From NCBI RefSeq assembly GCF_009914755.1, contig NC_060929.1: DNA of 64,000 nt, one strand, 5' to 3'. Positions within the stretch are counted from its first letter, which is position 1. Each line of letters begins with the position of its first letter. Origin of the DNA: the human T2T-CHM13v2.0 reference genome, Homo sapiens. Shown in pieces: positions 11,926 through 24,000 of this stretch. The notes below the pieces were generated by a model, which ran no database searches, was not told the DNA's origin, and was given only the letters and a program-made list of their open reading frames with translations. A program made the position numbers and the translations under genes.

Positions 11926-12922
11926 TGAAACTGAAACTGTCTCATTTCAGGGGAGGCTCCCACAGCATGACAGATCCAAGGTAGACTCAGAGCAACAGAC
12001 AATCAAAGTCATTTGGAAAAAGTGAGGTTGGAAAATGAAACCAACAATTGGCCTATGGATTTGCACAAGAGAAAGTAAGCAAGTAAAGACTAGATCCTGG
12101 GCACCCGTTTGGTGGCTGAGCTTACATTGCTTGAGTCAATGCCCTGAAGCCCATGTGGTTAGTTGTTGACAAAGAAGAGAATTCCTTGTCTTTATCAGAT
12201 GCAAATCCCCAAGAGGTTCAATTTAAGAGCCATTTCTTGGACTGGCTAATATAACCCAGCAGTTAGAGCCAAGATTATCTTCTGTGTGATTATAGCCTGG
12301 TTGGAAGAATCATGGCCTGAGTCTAGCTAAGGAGATTTAGACTGTTGTCACTTATGGAATCCCAGCTAATGAACTCTCACACAGCAGGACATGGTTTGAG
12401 GCACATCATGAGACATTTATTCTTTAGAAAAGCCACCCCTCTTTGGCCGTTCCAGGCCACCTTCCAGAGCCCCTCTCTGGTTTCCCACACACAGTGTTTG
12501 TTCCTCTGGGCATTGCTTCTCAGGAGGCTGGGAAAAAAAAAAGATTGGTCTTCCAAGGTTACTGAACTTATCTCTTTTCCCTTGCTATACAAACAACGTG
12601 TGTGAAGGCCACCCAGACTTTTGCAATTAAAGAGGAACTTGCAGGGAAGGGTATGGCCAAGGCTGTTTCATAGTCTGCCAAGTCAAGGCTCAAGTTGCCT
12701 CTGTGGGAGAACTCTCCTGCCATTGCTAACTAAGCAGCCTGTCTGTCGATGGGAGCAGTGGGTACATGGGACTGGAAGCTCGAGTCCCAGGTCATTTTTC
12801 TGCCACTGGGAAATGTTTTGAGCTCTGCCAGCATCTGCTCACGGGCCACAAGTTGAAAGTGATTTTACATTAGCAACAGAGATTCAAACAAGGAACATCC
12901 AACAAATCCTGGTGACTTGCAG

Positions 12923-13108
12923 CAGTGGTTCTCAGTGTGCTGTGGACCAGTAGCAGCAGCATTACCTGGGAAATGGTTAGAAATGCAAATGCTTGGGCTC
13001 CACCCCATTCCTACCTACTGATTCAGAAACTCTGAGGGTTGAGCCCAGGAAGTGGTTTTAAAAGCCCTCCAGGCGATTCAGATGCAGGCTAAAGTTTGAG
13101 AACCACTG
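12923..13108. mobile_element. MER5A (hAT-Charlie)
   Basis: Perfect 12-bp terminal inverted repeats CAGTGGTTCTCA / TGAGAACCACTG and internal GTTAGAAATGCAAAT...TCAGAAACTCTG. Length about 186 bp. Confidence 0.9.
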
Positions 13109-13614
13109 GCCTAAGGAACTCTGGCAGTGGGAATGAAGAAAATCATTGCAGGGTTCTTAAGAAAACCCAGGTGTGGCTAAACAGATATGCCTGTCCCCAT
13201 TTCCCACCTACCCCCAGCCCCCACCACCATGATCTAAGAAAGCAAAAGCTCATTGAGGCAGGTGATGTGTTGGACAGAGCAAATACATGACAGGAACACA
13301 CTTGAGCCTACCTGAGTGGTGTTCAGCATCTGTCTTCATTTGCTCACTTATTAATTAATTTTGTCATTCCCATATGGAGGTTTCTGTTTGTCCTCCATAA
13401 ATAGCCATCATTACATACAGGATTCTCCAACTAGCAAGGTGGGGAGATGATCCAGGATGGGCAGGGGAGAGAGAGAGAAGCAGCACCAGTCCTGAAGGTC
13501 AGAACCAGACCTCAAAACATCCCCACTAGTCCACGGCTCAGAGGAGAAAAGAAGACTGGATATATAAAGGGAAGGGAAGCAGAAAAGAGAGAATGGATGA
13601 AGGAGTGGGCATGG

Positions 13615-14293
13615 GCAGACCCACTCCAATATTTGCAGAACCAGGGGCAAAATGATAAATGGAGACCCATGTACCACGTATCTAAACATTTAAAATGTAT
13701 AAATCAGTGAACATCAAGTGAACAGACTATTAAGTAAATTATGTAATATTTTCTTATCTTGACAAATATATCTTCATAGCAAACTGGAAGAGCAGGCTTG
13801 GTCAATTTAGAATTCCTGGACTCCTGAGAGTTACAGAATGCAATAATGCAAGGAGGGTGGTCACCTAGCTCAGTCTCTGGCCCACGACCTGCTCTCATTC
13901 TCTTTCCACTCTGGCTCTGTCCCCATACCATGAAGGGCTTCATTGAAATGCATAAATACACGAGCCCATACATTCAAGCTCCATCCACACCTCTTGCAAA
14001 CAGCTTCTCTTGGTGACCCCTCAGACCTAGGAGGAGTACCTTAGCACCAGAGGCTGGTATAGGGGAAGATATCCATGTGGGCTCTGGAAATAGGATCATG
14101 CCTTTTGGATACAGAATTCTAGGGTCCCAGTTTCTTGGAGCATGGTCTTGCAGGGGAGCAGACTCTAGATAGTCACAATTCCTTGGCCTGTGGATTCTTC
14201 AACCCACGGGAAGGGTAAGAAAAACAGGAGCAGATTCTCTGAAGCATGGGTCCAGGACAAGGACCATCTTGCCCAGGTCTAAGGATAGACCAG
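13615..14293 (-). mobile_element. MER115-like (hAT-Tip100)
   Basis: Terminus TCTTGCCCAGGTCTAAGG and internal CAAGCTCCATCCACACC...GCAAACAGC...CCCCTCAGACCTAGG resemble the MER115 consensus. Span about 680 bp. Confidence 0.65.
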
Positions 14294-15639
14294 ATAGAAA
14301 AGAGGAGGAAACATCAAAGACATAAGAGAGAGGAAAGGAAATAACAGGTGAAAAAGACCTTAGAAGAAATTCTTCATAAAGTGGCTTTTACTGTTACCTA
14401 TGTACGTTGAGGGACCTGATGTTTCTCTGGGCATCGAGGGAATGGGAACGATTCTTCCTCTGAATTAGCCTTATCCCCGAATGGTGGGGAGAAGTGAATG
14501 TTCGTGCCTGCTTCATGTTTTATTCTTCTGCATAAATTACAGTGCAGAGACTAGAGACATCTAATTTTCCTGTTATAATAACCATAGATCTATTATAACT
14601 TTCTTGCTACACATTAAAGGGAAGGAAAAGAGGGAGGGAGAGAGGATGGAAGTTAGTCAGTCAATGATCAGAGACCAGAAGTTTCTCTGGTTGAAACAAA
14701 AGAATATTTCATGAGACAAACAACTGAAAAGCAAGTTTACACAGAAAATTGGTAACTTGATGCGGCATTTTGGGCTTGATCATGTGGGTTGGTTGTTACT
14801 TGGCTTAGCTTCTGATGTTGTAAAAATTTCATTTGTGAAGGTTTCTATGGCCAATTGTTTTGATGTAGATTACTTGAGTTTTGTTGTTTGCTGTTTAGCA
14901 GACATGAAATATGATCCATTTTCTCTGGGAATGTTTCATTTCCTGGAGCTGGAAATGCAGTGCGGTTAGGTAAACTGCTCCATTTCTGAGCCATATGTTA
15001 TAGTGTTGAAGTACAGGGCAATCCAGATCACAGCATTCTCAGGCTTTCAGAATAATTATTTTAATTGTTTCCTGGGAAAAAATTACTTTCTAAGGATAAA
15101 ATCAACAGAAAGAATCACAAAGAAAAAAATGATAGAAAAACATTATGATAAAATGTAAAACATCATGAAAAAATGTAAAATAAGTCAAACTTAGAAACAG
15201 ATATGTTACAAATATGACAAAACCAATAATTATAAACACTTTATATAAAAACTTGTGCACACATATTTTTTAAAATCATCAATGCTCCAATTTTAAAAAC
15301 ATAATAGCAGACCATTCACAAAGGAAAAATTATGACTAAAAAATATTTTAAGATATTCAAAATGATGTAAGATAAAATTAGGTTATGTTAATTGATATCT
15401 CATTTCTGGATGTAGCTTTACAAATATGTCAACAGCCTTAAAAAATGTCCATGGCCTTGACCTGGGCAATTTTTTCCTAAGGACATATTAAAAATATGGG
15501 AAAATATTCATAAAGAAGTGATCTTTGCAGGTTTCTCTGAAATAGAATTTTTTAAAAAAACACTATCTCTGCTCTGTCAGAGTTCACTCATGCTCTGGAT
15601 CTTATAGTTTGGCTCAGCTCTTTGGGGATTTCATTCATT

Positions 15640-16800
15640 CAGTTATTCTCTTATATATCATCAATCTCGCTTTCCACTAAACACAAATATGCTTGGTATC
15701 TCACTAATGTTTAAATCCTTTCTTGACCCCACATCTCTGTCAGGCTTCCACTAGACTACTCTGCTTCCCTTTATGGGAAACTTAAGAGCTATCCCCACAT
15801 ATTCCCTTCACGTCCTTGCATCCCACTCACTGAATTGCATTCCCTTGTCAACATCGCAGGTGACCTCCCTCTTTGCAAATCCAATGAACAGTAATGCAAT
15901 GTTTAACCTATGTCTTCTGTAGTTTTCTTTGGCTTCCAGTACACCAGCCCTGTTTTCCTGTTACCTCAGTGGCCACTCTTTATTGGGCTACTTTGCTGAA
16001 TCTCCCTTCTTCGTCCAGCTTTTAAAGAAGAGAACTCCTTCAGGGTTCAGTGAAAACATCTTCTCCATCCATATCTATTTCCTTAAGTGATCTCATCCAA
16101 TCCCATGGTTTCTGGTGCCATCTTATACCAATGACTCCAAAATTTATATCTCTGGATTGAACCTCTCCTCTGGAACCTGGACTCATATAGCCACCTGCCT
16201 ACCTGATGTTAACACTTGTATATCTCAGGCATTTTAAACTTTAGATATCCAAAGCAGACTGCTTAATCCCATCTGCCTCTCCCCAAATACCCAGATCTCC
16301 CCCTACCTTCCCCATCTCCTTAAATATCCCTATCTGCTCAGTTATTAAAATGAGATAATTGTATGTCATCCTTGACTCCTCCCACTCTTCAAATTCTACA
16401 TCCAAACAATCAAGAAATTTCATTGGTGCTACTTCCAGAATATGTCTTACATTTGACCACTTTCTTCCTTCTGCACTGCCACTGCCACCCTCTTAGTCCA
16501 AGTCACCACTTCCTTCTGCCTTAACTAAGTTGATTGTCTTCTAAATGGTCTTTCTACCTCTATGCTTGCCCCTACCCCCACAATCCTTTCTTTAAGAAAA
16601 ACCAAAATTTTTAAAATGCAAATCAGAGAATGGCTGTCCATTTCACTTAGAATAATTACTGAATTATTACAATGGACGGCTAGGCCGTGCATGCTTCATC
16701 TCCTGCTTGGTGGTCTGACTTTATCTCATAGCAACTGTCTGCAAGCTCACTCCAGCTCTGCCCACTCCTCCGTCTGCTGCTTCCTGGAACACGGATTTAT
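15640..16800 (+). mobile_element. L2 (L2a-like) 3' region, ~1.1 kb
   Basis: Sense L2 motifs: TGACCTCC...AAATCCAATG, GTGATCTCATCCAATCCCATGG, ATGACTCCAAAATTTATATCTC, TCATCCTTGACTCCTCCC, TAGTCCAAGTCACCA. Confidence 0.85.
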
Positions 16801-16949
16801 GCACATGTACCCACACAGTGGTCATCCATAAGACACAGAATTTAAGCTTTGAAGGACATGAAGTTAATTTATTTTTAAACACATTAAACAAGTTTATTAA
16901 TATGCACCTTAAATTTGGCAACTGAACTGGCAACTGAACTCAAATTCCA

Positions 16950-17210
16950 CATTAATTATGAGTTGCTTTTGGCTAAAACTGCAATGGCACAAATTATATC
17001 GAGGGTTTTTCTTCTTTCTTGGAACATAAAGTTCTGAGGTAGGCCATCCAAGGCTGACAGGCACCTATTCACTGTCAACTATGTCCTGAGTTTGTTCTAT
17101 ATTTTCACTCCTCCACCTTATATGGGGTTTCCAACCTCAAGGTCACCTCCTGGTCTCAGGGGGACTATTGGAGTTCCAACCAAAATGTCCACATTCCGGA
17201 AGAGAGGAGA
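16950..17210 (-). mobile_element. LTR33-like / old ERVL LTR fragment
   Basis: GAGGTAGGCCATCCAAGGCTG and CCTCAAGGTCACCTC...TGGAGTTCCAACCA...TCCACATTCC. Confidence 0.5.
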
Positions 17211-17471
17211 AAAATTGTTGGAATTCCATTTGAAACTAATGATGTAGGATCTTTGCAAAGGGGAAATATAAAGACAGATTGCCTTTCCATGATTTCTCAC
17301 AAAGGAAAGGAGGAACAATTACATTGAAGGTAAAGGAAATACATTCCCTTCTATGCCAGGGACAAGGAATGAAAATTGAGAAAAGGAAGGAGAGCTAATA
17401 TTTTAACATCTTTATTATGTACCAGGCACTTTATCTGCAGTATTTCAGAGCACCCCTTTAGGAAAGATGAG

Positions 17472-17864
17472 TGCTATGGGCTGAAGTGTGTCTCCCCCAC
17501 CCCCCAACAAATTAATACATTGAAGCTCTAACCTTCAGTACCTCAGAATGTGACTACATTTGGATATAGGGTCTTTAAAGAAGTACTTATTTAAAATTAG
17601 GTTATTACACTGGGCCTAATCCAACATAACTGATGTCTTTATGAGAGGAGGAGATTAGCATGCAGAAACACAAAGAGAAAACCATGTGAAGACGCAGAGA
17701 AGACAGCCATCTACAAGTCAGGGAGAGAAACCACAGAAGCAAACAACCCCACCAACATTTTGGCCTTGGACTTCTAGCCCCCAAAACCATGAAAGAATAA
17801 ATTCCTGTTGTTTAAGCTACGCAGTCTGTAGTATTCTGTTATGGCAGCCTTATCAAACAAACTC
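17472..17864 (+). mobile_element. MLT1B solo LTR inserted in a MIR
   Basis: Full-length match TGCTATGGGCTGAA...CAGTACCTCAGAATGTGACT...AATAAATTCCTGTTGTTTAAG...GTTATGGCAGCC. TSD-like ATGAG/ATGAA. Antisense MIR halves at about 17405-17470 and 17866-17995. Confidence 0.9.
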
Positions 17865-18924
17865 ATGAAATTATGCCTGTTTTTCAGATAAAGAGACTAA
17901 CACGCCAAAAAGGCAACTTACTCAAGATCACAAGCCAGCAAGTGGCAGTGCCAAGATTCCCAAGTCCAGCCTCAAAGTCTGTGCCCTTCCATCCTGCCAG
18001 ATGATTCGCACCCAACCCTCCTCTTAATGGTTAAGAGTTTATTTCCCCCAAAGACTTAACTGGTCCACAGTCTGTTCAGATGTTTCATTAGAAGGAGGCG
18101 TTGGCGGGCGGGGGGGGGGAACACAAGAAAGAAGAGTGGATCAGATGGAAAGAGGAATGTTCCAAGTTCAACTTCTGAAAACCAACCAAGACGAGATGGC
18201 AATGAAAATCACTTGTGAGCATGCATCATGTTCAGAAATACTTTAAACACTTGAAATCATGTCAACCCAGGTGGAAGATAATCAATGATTTATTCCCCAT
18301 TTAACAAAACTAATTGTTTAGGAATTTTAATCTTTTAGGTTCTGACATTCTGTTTACAGATCCTGATGATTTTAGAATTGTTGAGTCCACATGAAATTAG
18401 GAGGGCATTATTATTTTTACTTTTCTTTGGGCGACACTCTGCTCTGGTTATTTTGTGCCAACCTGCCTTGATAGATTAATGACATTTAGAAGTAGTTTAT
18501 CTTACTGATCAAAGAGATGAACACCTAGAAATCCCCCTAAATTATAAATTAATGTCATCTGTGCACACAGACAAGGTCAGAGGAAGAGTCCAGCAGAGCG
18601 GGGCCTTACTAAGTGACAACAGCTGACCAATAAACTAATTGACACTGACGTGCAAATAAAGAATGAGGTTTTATGGAATAACATGGTATGTGAATTGGAA
18701 ACTAAATCACAAGTTTCTGTTGAAGGTGGCAATTTGAGACCACATTTTTATTTTCTCTTCACCCACAATTCTACTAAAATGAAGAAGAAAGCACAAAAAT
18801 AAGAAAATATCTTTATCAACACGAAATGGGGAAGATAACATGAAAGGCCAGACATTGTGAAAAATATTTGCCACATATAAAAGCAGAATGAGACTGAGGA
18901 CACCTCCACCTGCAAGTTACCATG

Positions 18925-19485
18925 TGTGTTCCACTTATCTACTGCTGTGCAACCAAGCACCCCTGAACTTAGTGACTTCAAGCAAGATCATTTATTTTGG
19001 TCATGAATCTTAATTTGGGCAAGACTCGGCAGGATCAGCTTATCTCTGCTCCACTGGAGAAGCTCAAAGGCTGGAGTATGGACTCATCTGGAGGCTTGCT
19101 ATTCACATGTCTCATGGTTCATGAGAGAAGACCCACGGGGCTTCTGGGGCATTTCCACCTCTCTCTATGTGGTCTCTCCCCCAGTGTCTCTGCAGCATGG
19201 TGGTTTGGGGCAGCAAAGGTCTTGCATGTTGGCTGAGGGCTCCCAAGGTGCATACACCCAGAAAGGAGAGAAAAAAGAAAGAAGAGAAGACAGAGGAGAA
19301 ACAGACAGAAAGGGAGAATCAGGCTAAAGCCAGATTGCATTTCTTGTTTTGGCACTGGAAGTCATGAATGCCATTTCCACTGTATTCTGTTCATAAAGGC
19401 CAGATCATTTGCAAGGGGAAGAGAACCATACACCCTTTGTGATAGGGGCTGCAGAAATGAATGGCATGTGGCCATTTACAAAATA
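18925..19485 (-). mobile_element. MLT1F/G-like LTR (MaLR)
   Basis: TATCTACTGCTGTGCAAC...AACTTAGTGACTT, ATCTGGAGGCTTGCT, GGAAGTCATG...CCATTTCCACTGTATTCTGTT. Confidence 0.75.
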
Positions 19486-20011
19486 TGATCTGTTAAGTAT
19501 GTGACAGAAAAACACAACTAGGAGGAACTGATTGTGGTCACTAACAAAGCTGAAATACACCTTCAAGGTCAATGGGAAAGGAGCTAGAAACTGAAGGTGG
19601 GCTGGGGGACAAACAGGTCTGGGAAATCCCACACATGTGGCAGCTCACCATGGGTACCTCGCTGCAGTGTCACCTGATGTGGGCTGGAGGACCAGGTAAA
19701 ACAAAGCTTTCTTTTGGTTGTTTATTAAAAGAGGGCATCCACCTCAATCAGAAAATAGGAGCAGTTAACTTGGTTTTGTCACAACAGGTATACATAGGAA
19801 ATGCTTCTCAGAGCAGGAACTTCCCTGCCCCAGGGCTGGGCTTCACAGACAATGAGAACCTCAGTTTAATTAAATTGGACTAGAGAAAAGATAAACTTTG
19901 AATGTTCACCTTTAGTTGGGGACTAAAATATGCAGACAAGTACCTACATAAACTCTAATAAAATCTACCTCAACACTTAGTATTGGACATGCATAGACTT
20001 TTCTCTGTAGT

Positions 20012-20159
20012 GGAGAAGAAAGCAAGGAACAAAGGAAGGGAGGAAGGAATGGAGGGAGGGAAGAAGGGAGGGAGGGAAGGAAGAAGGAAGGGAAGGAGGA
20101 AGGAACAAAGGAAGGAAGGGAGGGAAGGAGGAAGGAAGGGAGTGAGGAAGGAAGGAAGG
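20012..20159. repeat. purine-rich (GGAA/GGGA)n low-complexity repeat
   Basis: About 150 bp of almost pure A/G, made of imperfect GGAA/GGGA units. Confidence 0.95.
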
Positions 20160-20276
20160 TCAGTCACTGGACATACACAAAGATAAAATTGTTTAAAACA
20201 AGGGCCAATTTTAAAATTCAGAGCAAATACATGCTCTGCCTCTAAGAAACAGTGAAACACGTTTTAAAAAATATGA

Positions 20277-20605
<329 letters not shown>

Positions 20606-21889
20606 TTGAGATCTGAGAAAACACAATCTGTGGTGAACAAGGATTGCTTTCAGATGTTAAAAAATTAGCAAATTAAAGAAACAATGGAGACGACAGAGAT
20701 AATAAACAGTAAGCTAGATACTAAACTAATAAATGAGAATTTTAAGACAAGATATTTGCCTACTATTCACCAGGAAAAGATAAAGAAAATTACACAATGA
20801 GCCAGCCTATCAAAGACAGAATGGACAAATCCAATAAAACTTTTTTTTTTTTTCCAGGAGAGAACAGCAACAGGATGCCTGAAGAAAGACTTGAGATTTC
20901 TAATCAAAGGTTTACAAATGGTTTGGGGAAAAAGTTTCCACACATGGCATACTCTGGTGAAGTTATAAAAATTCAAATTCAACTCCAAATTTAGAGACTA
21001 TGGAAACCCACAAACATTTTGGTATATAAAATTACATTGAAAATGGAAATAAACTAGATTATCAGAATTTCCCATAATATTACATCACAAAAGCTAAGAG
21101 TCAAATAATTCCTCCGAATCCTGACAAATAATTAGAACAAATGAGGTAACTTGATAATGTGGCTGGTTACAAAATAAATAATCAAAAGTAAAAATCTTTC
21201 CTGCTCCTAACAATGTGGCAAAGTAAACTCAATTCTGAAAAATTCCAACAAGTGAGAGGGAAATTGAGGACCCAGGAGCCTAACAAAAAAACAAAAGAAA
21301 TCCATGGGGAGACACAAGGGTGCTGGGTCTTGACTGAAAGCTGTACAGAAGAAGAGTGGGCACCACCAATGGGGGATGGGATTGGTTAGTCCTTTCTCGT
21401 GTTTGCCCTCCTTACAACCCCACCTTGCACTGGGCAGGTCATTGCTGACCTTATTACTCCAGTAGGGCAAGAAAACATCAGCCTCAGCTGAGTGCCAACT
21501 AGGCCAGTTGGAGGTGATGGGGTAGCGCTGTGGCCAAGTCATAAGCTGGTGGGTGAACCTGGGCAGAGCAGGTGCCCATGTGCTGGCCAGCTCCCAGGAA
21601 TATCTCCTCACCAACTTCCCTAGTGGGACACTATCTGTTTCTGTCTGCGTATAAAATAGGGAGCCAACCACAAACACAATCCTTATCTTTCTACCGATAA
21701 GTTCCAAGAACCTGCATCCTCTAGCATTTTCTCTCCCCAGCCTAGGATGTCTGCTTGACTTTATCTATGGCAGGGAATGTGTACCAGGAGAAGCATATTG
21801 AGGGAAGTTTGCTGTTCACCATAATGTGCTGTTTCACTTAACAAAGTGGAAGCAAAAAATCTTTTCTCCAGGGCATTCGCAATATTCAC

Positions 21890-22038
21890 CATCACACCAC
21901 ATACACAGCACACATGAGCACTCACACACACACACACACACACACACCCCAACATCATCACCACTCCCTCTGCATTATCCCCACCAGCATGCCACACCTA
22001 CACACACAGACACACACACACACTCTCACACACTCACT
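21890..22038. repeat. imperfect (CA)n cluster
   Basis: Several CA runs, the longest around 21923-21946. Confidence 0.9.
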
Positions 22039-22899
22039 CTTCTTATTTTAAGATTCTGTTTGTCCATAACATAAACTAATGGCTCTTTCAACATTTTTAG
22101 GCTAGTGTATAACTCAGGGACTGAGTAATAGGCACTCGTGTTTGTTAAGTAGGATAAAGAAAGAGGTTTAGGTGAGTATACAAGGAAAATTGTATTGCCA
22201 GGAAGTCATTGTTGCCTCTGCTTGTGTTGCTTAGGGAGCAAAAGCCTGCCCCTTCCAACAGTGGAATGGCTCAGTGCCTTCCTGAATCACTACTCCCCCA
22301 GCCACACACACTTTCAGAGCCACTCCCCCTCACATCCTGCTGTAAATATTTCTGAAGGCTGAGCCATCCCTCCCTCGTAACATGTCCATCAAGCAGGCTT
22401 ACATTAAGCAATGCTTTGTTCGTGGTTTCTCCAGGATGTCTCCTCCCACAGCCCAGAGGAGACTGAGGAAAATGGATGCATTTGACCTGATGTGGAAAGG
22501 AGCGAAGTGGGTGATCTTCTCACTCTGGCATCTGCCTGTGAACTTTTCCTATGTGCACAAAAATCATGGAGGGCTTTGAGTGTCTCCCAAGTCCCTATTG
22601 GAATCAGCACAGTATCTAATCGAAGCTTTCTTTTGGCTTTATTTCTTGGGAATGTCATCCAAAGGAATGGAGTGAAGCAATACTGAGAACCTCAACTTGT
22701 GTTGTAGCTTTGATCCATTTGGCCAGGCTTCAGTAGAATTTCCCTAAGCTTCATGTTTGAAATGATGAGGACATTTTTCCATGGGGATAATGCCGTACAT
22801 CAGATTCAGGCTCTGAGGACACTTACAAATGCTTGTGTGATACATGATGTTTTTAGACTTAGAGGCTGGCTCTTGCAGCAAAACCTGCCAGCCACCTGG

Positions 22900-23150
22900 G
22901 CCACGGCTGAGTGAACGCAGGACCACCGAGCAGAGCAGCTCAGGCTCCGGCCTTGGTTCTAATTCAAACTCTCCTCTTACCAGCAGTGAGACCTGGGGCA
23001 AATCCCCTGATCTCTCACTGCCTCAGCTTCACAGTTAAGATGGGGAGACTAAGAGGTCTTCCTCCTAGGGTTGTTGTGTAGATTAAATGAGATCATATAG
23101 GAAGATAGCACAGCTCCTAAGTTATTACAAATAAATTAATATTAGCTTTT
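22900..23150 (+). mobile_element. MIR
   Basis: GACCTGGGGCAAATC...TGCCTCAGCTTC...AGGGTTGTTGTGTAGATTAAATGAGAT. Confidence 0.75.
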
Positions 23151-24000
23151 AATATTCAAGAAAGGCTGACTCACCGGGGCCAAGCTCTGTACTGGATGCT
23201 GGGACACAGCATGAGTAAAAAAGAAAAATCCCAAACTCCCCTCCCTCATTCAGGCCTTGGGTGTGGAGATGTCTGGTTGGCAGGGGTCCAGCTGAGTGGA
23301 CAAGGACATGTAAGGGGTGAAGATCTCCTGCCAGGGCAAGCTCCAGGGCACCTGCAGGCCCTGGACTTGGTTCTTGTCACTGTGCTCCCTGCTCAGGGCT
23401 CCAAGGTGCCTTTTCCCATTTCCCCCTTGCTGCTGAGACCCATCCCTCCCTTCCCAGGTGACTGCCAAGTTGAAATGCTTTCTGCCTCCCCTCATCCTTC
23501 TGGCTGGCAGACAGTTTCAAGAGGTGTTTTTTTGTTTGGTGACACTGGGAAGGGCGCACCCCTAGGCTCAAGTCTTCTCACCCCTCACCGCCTGGCCAAA
23601 CTGCAGAGAAAAAGACACTGATTCATGTCATGTGATGAGTCTTTCCGTATATGAAGGATCAAAACACAAGTTCATGAAGACTGTCACTTGTCAATAACTG
23701 CTTATATGAATGATTGAAGGACATTTCCGGCCATTTCTATTCAGTAGGTCTGCAGTGAGGCATGAGTATTTTTTCAAAGTTCCCTGGTGATTCTGATGAT
23801 CAGATTCCAATAGGATCAAAGGGACACCCAGCTCCCCAGGACTCCTGGCCACTCCGGTACATGAGCACGTTCCAATAGCTGGGCTGAGTCTGAAGCCTCA
23901 TAGGGTGATTGTGGAAGGCAATAGCCACGAGGGTCTCCCTCCCACCCATACCCTTGGCCATTGCCACCAGGGAAAAAGAACAAGCAGAAAAAGTGGCAGG

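Noticed and set aside
20012-20159. GGAA repeat as an EWS-FLI1-type microsatellite enhancer
   Set aside because: Only about three consecutive perfect GGAA units; ordinary low-complexity tract.
21207-21707. Longest ORF in the track (166 aa, minus strand)
   Set aside because: Non-ATG start, overlaps MIR-like sequence, no recognisable domain; length is within chance for 64 kb.
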